This document shows positions 1-9,040 of a DNA stretch of 34,311 nt, piece by piece; position 1 is the stretch's first letter, and every line of letters starts with the position of its first letter. The stretch is taken from positions 1 through 34,311 of the forward strand of contig CALWRK010000004.1 of the NCBI GenBank assembly GCA_944383935.1. Direction: 5' to 3'. This DNA comes from an uncultured Clostridia bacterium. Lineage in GTDB: Bacteria > Bacillota > Clostridia > Christensenellales > UBA3700. Made by a program: the position numbers and the translations under genes. The notes under the pieces are model-generated. The model searched no databases, had not been told where the DNA came from, and saw only the letters and a program-made list of their open reading frames with translations.

Positions 1-183
1 TGGCAACGTGACGTTGCATCCCTTTTTGCCTTGAAGTGATAGTGCGTTAAGTTGAAGTCATTGTCTTCGCAAAAGCTATAATGAAATAACTTGTCTTTGC
101 GAAGAAGCAAAGTATGATATATACATATGTTACTTCAACGCGCATAAGGGGTGGAGCGCCCCGCGCTCCCGCGCCGGCTCGCA

Positions 184-315
184 CAAAACTGAACGAAATC
201 CACCTCGCTAAAAGCGAGCATTTTACAAGTGATATTTAGCACGAGAAAATAAACACATATCCGCTATAAATAATTATATATGTAAAATGTGTTCTAACAG
301 GGTTGGGTAAAGGTA
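184..315 (+). repeat. Structured dispersed repeat, copy A (inverted copy at 34173-34303)
   Basis: 184-227 is identical (44/44) to the reverse complement of 34260-34303. 272-315 matches the reverse complement of 34173-34216 at 38/44. Internal stems: ctcgc/gcgag, cattttaca/tgtaaaatg, gaac/gttc. Confidence 0.93.
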
Positions 316-330
316 GAATATAAAGAAATT

Positions 331-1023
331 TTACAGCTCGGCGACGGGAATGAGTTTGTTTCCCGTCAAATCGCACGAGGTCAAATAATAAGGTATGCCG
401 TCCTTGCACACTACCATGTCCGCTCTCACCCCTTTACCGTGCAGATGCCCGTACACCACCGCGTCCGCCCTCGCCTGTGAGATAAGACGGGTAAAATCGC
501 TGTCTTCATAGCGCGCGTTAAAAGGCGGATAATGACACATCGCCACGACAAAATCTCCCTCTCTGCGCTCTGCCGCCATTGCGCTAAGCGAAAGTTCCAA
601 CCTTATCTTTTCGCGATCGAGCAGTTTTAAGTCCTCTTCCGTCTGTCCGAACTGCCAAAGTCGGCTGCCGCACACCAATAACCTGCCTAATCTGACGCAG
701 TCGTTTTGCACAGCATACATCCCCTCTCCCAAGACGGCGCGAACCTTGCCCGGAGTGCTCCACCAATAATCGTGATTGCCGCGAATGATTACTTTTTGAC
801 CGGGAAGGGCGGACACCCTCTCTATATCGGGCAAAGCCTGAGGTATGTTCATACCCCAAGAGAGGTCTCCGGCAAGCAGAACCACGTCCTCTTTGCTCAC
901 CTTCTCCCTCCAATCGCCCTCTATGGCTTCCATATGTCCCTGCCAACTCTCTCCGAAGATGTCCATGGGCTTGTCCTTCACTCCCCCGGAAAGATGCAAA
1001 TCGCTTATAGCAAACACTTTCAT
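331..1023 (-). CDS. Calcineurin-like metallophosphoesterase (230 aa)
   Basis: Motifs SDLH, AGD, GNHD, CHYPP, YGHLH. Start placed at MKVFAISD (ATG at 1023), just below a consensus promoter. The ORF-track extension to 1548 overlaps the next gene. Confidence 0.9.
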   Translation of the reverse strand: MKVFAISDLHLSGGVKDKPMDIFGESWQGHMEAIEGDWREKVSKEDVVLLAGDLSWGMNIPQALPDIERVSALPGQKVIIRGNHDYWWSTPGKVRAVLGEGMYAVQNDCVRLGRLLVCGSRLWQFGQTEEDLKLLDREKIRLELSLSAMAAERREGDFVVAMCHYPPFNARYEDSDFTRLISQARADAVVYGHLHGKGVRADMVVCKDGIPYYLTSCDLTGNKLIPVAEL

Positions 1024-1030
1024 ATATGAT

Positions 1031-1059
1031 ATTATACCGAATTTTACGCTCTCTGACAA
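1031..1059 (-). promoter_or_regulatory. SigA-type promoter of the metallophosphoesterase gene
   Basis: TTGTCA-17 nt-TATAAT on the minus strand, then 7 nt to the ATG. Confidence 0.75.
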
Positions 1060-1148
1060 GCATATCAAGGGCGTAAAAGACGCACTCGGTCTAATACCCG
1101 CGCTTGCGTTCAAACCGGCTATGACACCCGCCCTAGTAATATAAAACA

Positions 1149-1176
1149 TTTTGCACGGCATCTCTGCCGTGCAAAA
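1149..1176 (-). terminator. Intrinsic terminator after the Cys-rich gene
   Basis: Perfect 12-bp inverted repeat ttttgcacggca-tctc-tgccgtgcaaaa, followed by tgtttt on the minus strand. Confidence 0.7.
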
Positions 1177-1199
1177 CGAGAGCCGCCCTAATAATATAA

Positions 1200-1835
1200 T
1201 TATTGCGGATATAGAGGCAACTCGAACACCCCGGCGCACTCTTGAGTATTGTACTCCTGGCAAGGGGGTATGTAGCAGTAACCATATGAGGGAACCAACA
1301 GCTGTACGGGCATTATGACTTTGAGTATTACGGTTATACACGCTGTCACCGTGAAGGTATCGTTCACGTCGTCGTATGTGCCCACCGTGGATACCACATT
1401 GCCTACCGCCTGCACCGTGTATGGAATGAGCGAGGGCTGAGGGGTGCGCAGCACCACATCTTTGGCAACTACCACGCTTGAAAGCGCGCTCCCCTGCCTT
1501 CCCGCCGCATCCGTAAAGGTGACCTGCACGGGGATAACTATATTGCACTGCACGCGAGAACGCCCGGGCAGATCGGGAAGATCGGTTATCACCAAATCCG
1601 TTACGGACGCCTCCGCCGCCTGTGAGCGTGCGGACACAAAGGTATACGGCTCGCTGAGTCCTGAGGGAGTTATGCCCGTGAGCGCCAGCTCCACATTGTC
1701 CGTCTGCTGACGGCTCATGCAGGCGTCAAACACCTTATCCACCTGTATACACGCTTTTTCGCACAAGCCGCTCATACCATTGCCCCTTATAACGCCCGGA
1801 ATCTTATCCGATTTGCAGTTATTGCAGAATGACAT
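1200..1835 (-). CDS. Cys-rich hypothetical protein, probable spore coat/exosporium protein (211 aa)
   Basis: GGAGG Shine-Dalgarno. Motif CEKACIQVDKVFDAC and C-terminal LLVPSYGYCYIPPC resemble clostridial spore morphogenetic proteins. SigK-like promoter upstream. Function is inferred. Confidence 0.7.
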   Translation of the reverse strand: MSFCNNCKSDKIPGVIRGNGMSGLCEKACIQVDKVFDACMSRQQTDNVELALTGITPSGLSEPYTFVSARSQAAEASVTDLVITDLPDLPGRSRVQCNIVIPVQVTFTDAAGRQGSALSSVVVAKDVVLRTPQPSLIPYTVQAVGNVVSTVGTYDDVNDTFTVTACITVILKVIMPVQLLVPSYGYCYIPPCQEYNTQECAGVFELPLYPQ

Positions 1836-1892
1836 ACTATATTCCTCCTATATTCCGGCCGACGCATAAAGCAAAGCGGCCTTTTCATAAAC

Positions 1893-1921
1893 AATCTATG
1901 AATAAGGAGAATATTTTGTGC
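1893..1921 (-). promoter_or_regulatory. SigK-like sporulation promoter
   Basis: Minus strand gcACa-16 nt-CATAGATT fits the AC..CATAnnnT consensus. Confidence 0.5.
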
Positions 1922-1969
1922 ATATCGCACTTGAAAGGATAAGTTTGAAAATAAAAATATACGGGCGGA

Positions 1970-2560
1970 TTACTCCGCCAAATATCTTTCGATGAGCGCC
2001 GATACCTCTTCCTTGCCCTGTTTGTTGAGAGAGGAAGTGATTATCAGGTTGTCTACACCCAATTTCAGCGCACTTGCGCAAGCGCTCTTTTGTCTGCCCG
2101 CCGCGGCGCGCGAGAGTTTATCCGCTTTTGTTAAAATCACCGCAAACGGCACTATGCTATCGCTCAAAAATTTTATCATCTGCTTGTCCAGCTCCGAAGG
2201 CTCTCTCCTGATATCCATGAGCACAAGGACAAGTTTTAGGCGGGGCGAAGACGTGAGATATGTACCCATCAAGACGTCCCACCTCCTCCTTTCCTCGTCG
2301 GAGAGTTTTACGGCGTACCCGTACCCGGGCAGATCCACCAGCATAAATTCTCCATCGTTTACGGAAAAATAGTTGATCAGACGGGTCTTTCCCGGCGTGG
2401 AGGAGGTTTTGGCAAGCCCTTTACGGCCTGTCAAATAGTTGATGAAGGAGGATTTTCCCACATTCGACCTCCCCGCCACGGCTATCTCTCCCATACCGAA
2501 ATCTCTTATGTTCTCGGGAGAGGCGACGGAGGTTATAAACTTTGCCGTCTTAATCTCCAT
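1970..2560 (-). CDS. engB: Ribosome biogenesis GTPase YsxC/YihA
   Basis: GRSNVGKSS, STPGKT, DLPGYG, TKAD. Follows clpX with a 1-nt overlap. Confidence 0.97.
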   Translation of the reverse strand: MEIKTAKFITSVASPENIRDFGMGEIAVAGRSNVGKSSFINYLTGRKGLAKTSSTPGKTRLINYFSVNDGEFMLVDLPGYGYAVKLSDEERRRWDVLMGTYLTSSPRLKLVLVLMDIRREPSELDKQMIKFLSDSIVPFAVILTKADKLSRAAAGRQKSACASALKLGVDNLIITSSLNKQGKEEVSALIERYLAE

Positions 2561-3774
2561 TATGCGCTCTTGTATTCCACCTCGGGCGGCTTACTGCCTT
2601 CTATGCAGTCTTTGGTTATGCGCACGCGCGCGATCGTATGCGAGGGAGCTTCGTACATGAGATCGGTCATCACGTTTTCCACTATCGACTTCAAGCCCCT
2701 CGCCCCCGTGTGCAGCTTTATCGCCTTGTCAGCCACCGCATACAGCGCTTCCCTGTCGAATTCCAGCTCTACGCCGTCGTATCCGAGCAGTTTGCGATAT
2801 TGCTTGACGAGCGCATTCTTAGGCTCCGTCATGATGCGCACGAGCGCATCCTCGTCCAGGGCGTTCAAGCCAACTATAATGGGAACTCTGCCCACAAATT
2901 CGGGAATAAGCCCGTACTTTATCAAATCGTCCGGCTGAATATCCTTGATTATGTCGCCGAAATTGTGATCGCCCGGACGGCGTACGTTCGCGCCGAAGCC
3001 CAAGCCCGAGCTATCCTTACGCTTGTCCACTATCTTGTCCAAGCCCACGAACGCTCCTCCGCAAATAAACAGAATATTTGTGGTGTCTATGTTTATGCAC
3101 TCCTGCTGGGGGTGTTTTCTGCCGCCCTGAGGCGGTACGCTCGCCACGGTACTCTCTATGATTTTAAGTAGCGCCTGCTGCACGCCCTCGCCGGAGACAT
3201 CGCGCGTTATGGACATATTCTCGCTTTTTCTGGCTATTTTATCTATTTCGTCGATATAGACTATGCCCAGCTGCGCCTTTTCCACGTCATAGTCTGCCGC
3301 CTGTATGAGTTTGAGCAGGATATTCTCCACGTCGTCCCCCACATAGCCCGCTTCCGTAAGCGTCGTGGCGTCCGCCACGGCAAAAGGTACATTCAAAATC
3401 TTTGCCAACGTTTTGGCAAGCAAGGTCTTGCCGCTGCCGGTAGGTCCCATCATCAGCACGTTGGATTTTTCCAGCTCCACGTCGTCGTCGCCTATGGAGT
3501 TTATGCGTTTATAATGGTTATATACGGCAACGGAGAGTATCTTCTTGGCAGATTCCTGCCCTACGATATACTCATCCAGTTTGGATTTTATCTCCTGCGG
3601 GGTCAAGAGCTTGAATTTGGGAGATTTGTTTTCCTCCCGCTCCCTGTCTTTGAGCAATTCGTTGCACACTTCTATGCACGCCTTGCAGATGTAGGTGCCG
3701 TTTGCGCCCAGCAAGGCGCCCACCTCTTCTTCCGACCTGCCGCAAAAAGAGCATCTCAATTTTTTATCGTCCAC
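2560..3774 (-). CDS. clpX: Clp protease ATP-binding subunit ClpX
   Basis: N-terminal C4 zinc finger (CSFC..ICKAC), [34 protein letters not shown] loop. GTG start. Confidence 0.98.
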   Translation of the reverse strand: MDDKKLRCSFCGRSEEEVGALLGANGTYICKACIEVCNELLKDREREENKSPKFKLLTPQEIKSKLDEYIVGQESAKKILSVAVYNHYKRINSIGDDDVELEKSNVLMMGPTGSGKTLLAKTLAKILNVPFAVADATTLTEAGYVGDDVENILLKLIQAADYDVEKAQLGIVYIDEIDKIARKSENMSITRDVSGEGVQQALLKIIESTVASVPPQGGRKHPQQECINIDTTNILFICGGAFVGLDKIVDKRKDSSGLGFGANVRRPGDHNFGDIIKDIQPDDLIKYGLIPEFVGRVPIIVGLNALDEDALVRIMTEPKNALVKQYRKLLGYDGVELEFDREALYAVADKAIKLHTGARGLKSIVENVMTDLMYEAPSHTIARVRITKDCIEGSKPPEVEYKSA

Positions 3775-3776
3775 TA

Positions 3777-4373
3777 TTAACCTCTGGTATAATATATTTT
3801 ATCTATCAAGCCGTATTTCAGGGCGTCTTCCGCGGTCATGAAATTATCTCTGTCCGTGTCCTGATATACCTGCTCGTAACTCTGCCCCGTATTCTTCGCC
3901 AATATCTTGGTGAGGCGCTCTTTCACATCCTGCAAAAGTTTTGCCCTGATCATCACATCGGTAGCCTGACCCTGAGCTCCGCCCAAGGGCTGGTGGATCA
4001 TTATCTCGCTGTTGGGCAACGCGAAACGCTTACCCTTGGCTCCGCTGGAAAGCAGGAATGCGCCCATGGAGGCAGCCATACCTATACAGATGGTGCTAAC
4101 GTCGCACTTGATATAGTTCATCGTGTCATAGATAGCCATACCCGCCGTAACGGAGCCGCCAGGGCTGTTTATATACAGGCTTATATCCTTGGTCGCGTCC
4201 TTTGCTTCCAAAAAGATAAGCTGGGCAACTATGCTGTTCGCGCTCTCGTCCGTGACTTCTCCGGAGAGAAATATAATTCTGTCTTCCAGCAGTCTGGAAT
4301 ATATGTCGTACGCGCGCTCGCCGCGATCCGTCTTATCTATGACGGTAGGTATCAAAAAATTCTTGGGTTCCAT
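3777..4373 (-). CDS. clpP: Clp protease proteolytic subunit
   Basis: [42 protein letters not shown]. Confidence 0.98.
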   Translation of the reverse strand: MEPKNFLIPTVIDKTDRGERAYDIYSRLLEDRIIFLSGEVTDESANSIVAQLIFLEAKDATKDISLYINSPGGSVTAGMAIYDTMNYIKCDVSTICIGMAASMGAFLLSSGAKGKRFALPNSEIMIHQPLGGAQGQATDVMIRAKLLQDVKERLTKILAKNTGQSYEQVYQDTDRDNFMTAEDALKYGLIDKIYYTRG

Positions 4374-4472
4374 ATTTCCTCCTTATAATTGTATCGTATC
4401 CCGCACGAGGATATACCTGCACGCGGGATATGACAATTTTCGAGTATTATTTTATTCTAAGCCTATTTATTT

Positions 4473-5759
4473 TTACTTGATGGTATTGTTCTCTTTGAGA
4501 TATGCCATAAGTTTCTTGTTGAGCGCTTCGTTCTTGATATATGATTCGTAGTGCTCGTTGAAATCTTTCTTTATCTCCTCAACCGGCTTGTTCTGCTTTG
4601 CGGCAAGATCTGCGTATACCGCTTCCTCGTCCTCGGGCGTAACTTCGATGCCGGCAGCTTTGATCACCTGCTCCATGACCAGCCTTGTTCTGACCGTCTT
4701 TTCGGCGGGTTCTTTGTACGTTTCTTTCAGCTGCTCGGGCGTCTGTCCGGTATACTTGAAGTAGTCTTGGATATTCATGCCCTGATACATGAGCCTGTAA
4801 GCGAACTCGTTCATCATCTCTTCCGCCTCGTCGTCTATCATGCACTGAGGGACTGTAACGGTGGCGTTAGCAACCACGGTATCCATTATCTTGCGCGTCA
4901 AAGCGGCGTCGGCAGCGTCGCTCTTGCGTTCGGTAATCTTCTTCTTTATGTCCGCTTCGTATTCTTTGAACGTGTCGAAATCGGATACGTCCTTTGCAAA
5001 CTCATCGTCCGGCTCGGGCAGCTTCTTTATCGTGATGTCCTTCACCGTGACTACGAATATCGCGTCCTTGCCCGCCAGCTTTTCCGCATGATACTGCTCG
5101 GGGAATTTGACGTTGACGCTCTTGCTCTCGCCCACGTTCATGCCAACCACGCCCTCTTCGAATCCGGGAATAAAGGTGCCGGAACCCAAGACGAGTTCGT
5201 AGTCGGACGCGGTGCCGCCTTCGAACACCTCTCCGTCCACACTGCCCGTGTAGTCTATCTTGACCCTGTCGCCCATCTGAGCGGGACGATCGGTAACCTG
5301 ATCCCACCAACCGGCGTTCTCGCGCGCCCTGTTTATCTCCTCGGCAACTTCGTCTTTTGTCACCTTAACTTTGTCCTTGGTAAATTCTATGCCCGTGTAT
5401 GCACCCAGCGTGACCGTGGGTTTGAGCTGCACTTCGGCGGTGTATTGCAAAGTGCTGTCTGTGATTGCAGTTATGCTTACCTCGGGTCTGTCTACGGGGA
5501 AAAGATCGGGCTCCGCGTCGATAACGGCGTCGTAGCTCTTGGGCAGCACGATGTCCAAAGCCTCGTCGAAAAATACCTGAGGTCCGTACAGCCTTTCTAT
5601 AAACGCGCGAGGGGCATGACCTTTACGGAAGCCGTCCACGGCATACTTGCCCCTGGTTTTGAGGTAGGCTTCGTTCAAAGCGTCCTTCCATTGCTGACTA
5701 TCCACGTCTATGGTGAATTTCACGCGATCGTTTTCCAACATTTCCTTGGTATAACTCAT
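4473..5759 (-). CDS. tig: Trigger factor (428 aa)
   Basis: GFRKGHAP ribosome-binding motif and FKBP domain (FEGG, FIPGFEE). Start set at MSYTKE, which has an AGGAG RBS. Confidence 0.97.
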   Translation of the reverse strand: MSYTKEMLENDRVKFTIDVDSQQWKDALNEAYLKTRGKYAVDGFRKGHAPRAFIERLYGPQVFFDEALDIVLPKSYDAVIDAEPDLFPVDRPEVSITAITDSTLQYTAEVQLKPTVTLGAYTGIEFTKDKVKVTKDEVAEEINRARENAGWWDQVTDRPAQMGDRVKIDYTGSVDGEVFEGGTASDYELVLGSGTFIPGFEEGVVGMNVGESKSVNVKFPEQYHAEKLAGKDAIFVVTVKDITIKKLPEPDDEFAKDVSDFDTFKEYEADIKKKITERKSDAADAALTRKIMDTVVANATVTVPQCMIDDEAEEMMNEFAYRLMYQGMNIQDYFKYTGQTPEQLKETYKEPAEKTVRTRLVMEQVIKAAGIEVTPEDEEAVYADLAAKQNKPVEEIKKDFNEHYESYIKNEALNKKLMAYLKENNTIK

Positions 5760-5797
5760 AAATGTGTTCTCCTTGCTTGCTTTATTACAGTAGGATA

Positions 5798-5826
5798 ATT
5801 CTATCATATGAAGCGAAATATTGCAA
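5798..5826 (-). promoter_or_regulatory. SigA-type promoter of tig-clpP-clpX-engB
   Basis: TTGCAA-17 nt-TAGAAT with an extended TG. Confidence 0.7.
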
Positions 5827-5835
5827 TTATTTTTA

Positions 5836-5864
5836 TTGCAAAAACCATGTAATTATTTTATAAT
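5836..5864 (+). promoter_or_regulatory. SigA-type promoter of rqcH
   Basis: TTGCAA-17 nt-TATAAT, then 6 nt to the ATG at 5871. Confidence 0.75.
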
Positions 5865-5870
5865 ATACAT

Positions 5871-7592
5871 ATGCCTAACGACTATGTGACGATAAAAGCG
5901 CTGGCTGGAGAGCTTTCCGATATGCTCACCGGCGGCAAGATCAATAAAATTTATATGCCGGAAAAGGATGAAGTTACCCTCGCAATACGCGCCAAAGGGA
6001 AAAATCACCTGCTGGCAATATCCACCAATCCTCAAAATCCGAGAATACATCTGACTTCCGTGCGCAAGGAAAATCCCCCCGTGGCGCCAGGATTTTGTAT
6101 GTATCTGCGCAAGTACCTTACCGGCGCGACCATTACGAGCGTGGAGATAGCGGGAGAGGACAGGATAATAGCGATAAAAGCCTCTTCCCGCAATGAAATG
6201 CACGATGAAATATCCGTAACCCTTATAGCGGAAATGATGGGCAGATACAGCAACTTAATTGCCGTAGACGATGGCGGAAGCATTGGAGCGGCGATAAAAC
6301 AAGTCCCCTTCGATACCGCCACCAAAAGGTGCATTCTGCCCGGGATAAAATACTCCTCCCCCGCTCAAAGCAAGATTCCGCCCTCAGATATTGCTCGATT
6401 GACAGCCGCCCTAGAAAGCTATAACGGTGCCAACCTCGCCGGATTTATCGCGGAAAAATTCGCAGGCTATTCAAAAGCCAGCGCTATGCAGGCGGTGAGG
6501 ATGTCCGGACTGGACAATGCCGTTTCCTCTTTGAAAGAGGCAGAAATACGCGCCGTATTGAACGCCCTTACCTTGCTGGACAACATATATCCTTCTCCCG
6601 GATATGCGCCCTGCTGTCTGAAAAAAGGCGATGAGTACGCCGATTATTTCGTGTGCCCTTACGGCGAGGGGGATTATCTATTCTTCCCCACCCTGAGCGA
6701 ATGTATAGAACGTGCCACTTCCGCCAAGGAAAGGAATGAACGCCATCGCGAGCATACGAAAGAGCTGAACAGATATTACAAGAATTTCATCGCAAAAGAG
6801 GAAAAGAAGCTGGAAAAAAGCCGAGCACGGCTGAAAGAATGTGAGGATCTGGACTATTATAAAAAGTGCGGGGATTTGGTCACAATCAACTTATATGCCA
6901 TAAAACGCGGAGATACGACATTGCGCGCCCAAGACGTGTACGACCCGGAGTGTAAGGATATGGAGATAGCTTTGGACCCTTCCCTCTCCCCTCAGCAAAA
7001 CGCGCAGGCGTATTATAAAAAATACGCGAAACTCAAACGCACTTTGGTGGCGGTCAGCGAGCAGATAGCCGAAACAGAGCAGACGCTGGACTACGCCCGA
7101 GATATAGGAAGGGCGATAGCCATGTGTTCCTCCAGCGCGGAGTATGCGGAGATAGAGAGCGAACTGGCGCAAATAGGCGCAATCAAAAAGAAGAGGGCGC
7201 ACGACAAGCGGATAAAGCCCGCCAAGCCGCTGGAATATACGGTGGACGGCTTTAAGGTGATGGTGGGAAAGAACAATCTGCAAAACGAACGCCTTACTTT
7301 CAAACTGGCTCAGGGCGGAGATATATGGATGCACTCCAAAGACGCGCACGGCAGTCATCTGATCATATTCTGCTCGGGAGCGGAAGTGCCCGATTCCGTG
7401 CTCACCGCGTGCGCGGAGATAGCCGCATATTATTCACAAGCGGCACAGGCGGATAAGGCGGTGGTGGACTATACCCGCCGCAAGAGAGTAAAGCGCCATC
7501 CCTCCGGTAAGCCGGCATTGGTGACGTATACAGACTATAAAAGCCTCATCGTCAAGCCGAACGCCCACGAAGAACTGCTCTGTTCCAAATAG
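5871..7592 (+). CDS. rqcH: Ribosome quality-control factor RqcH (FbpA/NFACT family)
   Basis: FCMYLRKYL, DRII, EMMGRYSN, NAQAYYKKYAKLKR, VGKNNLQNE, WMHSKDAHGSH, VDYT. Confidence 0.95.
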   Translation: MPNDYVTIKALAGELSDMLTGGKINKIYMPEKDEVTLAIRAKGKNHLLAISTNPQNPRIHLTSVRKENPPVAPGFCMYLRKYLTGATITSVEIAGEDRIIAIKASSRNEMHDEISVTLIAEMMGRYSNLIAVDDGGSIGAAIKQVPFDTATKRCILPGIKYSSPAQSKIPPSDIARLTAALESYNGANLAGFIAEKFAGYSKASAMQAVRMSGLDNAVSSLKEAEIRAVLNALTLLDNIYPSPGYAPCCLKKGDEYADYFVCPYGEGDYLFFPTLSECIERATSAKERNERHREHTKELNRYYKNFIAKEEKKLEKSRARLKECEDLDYYKKCGDLVTINLYAIKRGDTTLRAQDVYDPECKDMEIALDPSLSPQQNAQAYYKKYAKLKRTLVAVSEQIAETEQTLDYARDIGRAIAMCSSSAEYAEIESELAQIGAIKKKRAHDKRIKPAKPLEYTVDGFKVMVGKNNLQNERLTFKLAQGGDIWMHSKDAHGSHLIIFCSGAEVPDSVLTACAEIAAYYSQAAQADKAVVDYTRRKRVKRHPSGKPALVTYTDYKSLIVKPNAHEELLCSK

Positions 7593-7593
7593 A

Positions 7594-8514
7594 TTAAGGC
7601 GCGATAGGCTTCAAGCTGTCCAAAACGTTTTGAAAATAATCGGGCAAAGGCGCCGTAAACTGCATCCTCTCCCCCGTCGTCGGATGTGTGAGAATTAAGC
7701 GATATGCGTGCAAAAGCTGACCTTTCAGTCCGAATTTTTTGTCCGGATGACCGTATGTGCAATCCCCCACGACGGGATGTCCCAAAAATCTTGCGTGCAC
7801 GCGTATTTGATGTGTGCGCCCCGTTTCCAACTCAAAACGCATAAGTGTGTAGCCGTGATAGCGCGTAATCACTTTATAATGCGTCACCGCCCGCCTTCCC
7901 GTGCGCGAAACGGCGTACTTTTTCCTATCGGAAGAGGATCTGTCCAAAAAGGTGTCTATCGTACCTTCTTCCTTTTCCACACTCCCCTCCAAGAGCGCCA
8001 AATATATCCGGCGCGCGGTCTTTTCCGCTATCTGCTTTTGAAGATTGACGTGGGCGGCGTCATTTTTTGCCACCACCAGTAATCCCGACGTGTCCTTATC
8101 CAGCCTGTGCACGATGCCCGGGCGCATCACCCCGTTTATTCCGCTCAAACTGTCCAGCTTGTTCAAAAGAGCGTTCACGAGAGTGTCTTCATACGCCCCG
8201 GGCGCCGGGTGTACGACCATGCCCTGCGGCTTGTTTATCACTGCGATGTCACAGTCCTGATATATGATTTCTATCGGAGCGTCGGAAGGTTCTAGGGACA
8301 GCTGTCTGACGGGAGGTATTTTCACGCTTATCCTGCTGCCCGCCTTGACCTTTTCTCCCGCCTTGCCTTGGCGGATACCGTTGCACTTAACGTTGCCGTC
8401 TTCTATCAACTTTTTTACGGCAGAACGCGTAAGATCGGAAAAATGTTCGAGAATACAGACATCCAAGCGGGAAAAATCCCTGTCTGCGATAAACTCTCCG
8501 CCTTCAACGTCCAT
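7594..8514 (-). CDS. rluD: RluA-family pseudouridine synthase with S4 domain (RluD-like)
   Basis: INKPQGMVVHP, HRLDKDTSG, GRTHQIRVH, LLHA. Lies after lspA. Start is either ATG 8514 or GTG 8523. Confidence 0.92.
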   Translation of the reverse strand: MDVEGGEFIADRDFSRLDVCILEHFSDLTRSAVKKLIEDGNVKCNGIRQGKAGEKVKAGSRISVKIPPVRQLSLEPSDAPIEIIYQDCDIAVINKPQGMVVHPAPGAYEDTLVNALLNKLDSLSGINGVMRPGIVHRLDKDTSGLLVVAKNDAAHVNLQKQIAEKTARRIYLALLEGSVEKEEGTIDTFLDRSSSDRKKYAVSRTGRRAVTHYKVITRYHGYTLMRFELETGRTHQIRVHARFLGHPVVGDCTYGHPDKKFGLKGQLLHAYRLILTHPTTGERMQFTAPLPDYFQNVLDSLKPIAP

Positions 8515-9040
8515 CTGCGCCACCGCTGAGAAGAGTGCCCTTTTTCTTGGAAAAATCTCCCTCTTTATATCCGAAAAAGATGTATATGATAAGTACGAAT
8601 ACGCCCAGCACCAGATAGATGTCCGCTACGTTTCCTATGGCAAAGTCTATGTTGAACATACTTTTGAGAAAATCATAGCTTATAAAGTCGCGCACATAGC
8701 CGAATACCAGCCTGTCAAACAGATTGCCTATCGCCCCTCCGAGTATCAGCAGGAAGGAAAACCGGAAGAGATGCGGTGTGTTGGGACGGAATAGCAAGAC
8801 GAACGCGAACAGCGCGCACTCCACAAAAGTGAGCGCGATGAGCAGCGTCTTGTTCCCTTCGAAAATTCCGAAAGACGCGCCGTAATTATGTGCGCACTTA
8901 ATGGAGAATACTCCGTCGATAACGGTGGCTCCACCCTCTTCAAATAGGTAGAACACCAGATATTTCGTGGCTATATCCGTGAGAATCACCGCCAGCAATA
9001 CGGCGACTTCAATAAGTATCTTTTTAACGGTTTTAGTCAT
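8504..9040 (-). CDS. lspA: Lipoprotein signal peptidase II
   Basis: DIATK, NYGASFG, GGAIGNLFDRL, VRDF, NVADI; four hydrophobic segments. Confidence 0.95.
   Translation of the reverse strand: MTKTVKKILIEVAVLLAVILTDIATKYLVFYLFEEGGATVIDGVFSIKCAHNYGASFGIFEGNKTLLIALTFVECALFAFVLLFRPNTPHLFRFSFLLILGGAIGNLFDRLVFGYVRDFISYDFLKSMFNIDFAIGNVADIYLVLGVFVLIIYIFFGYKEGDFSKKKGTLLSGGADGR

Noticed and set aside
1024-1548. 175-aa N-terminal extension of the metallophosphoesterase ORF (apparent fusion or overlap)
   Set aside because: It runs through a promoter, a terminator and another gene's frame; the family domain begins at MKVFAISD.
4551-5798. Long antisense ORFs (also 17992-19068, 20445-21785, 23062-23988, 25734-27179, 27100-28413)
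   Set aside because: They mirror conserved, codon-biased genes, have no recognisable motifs or RBS, and are typical shadow frames.
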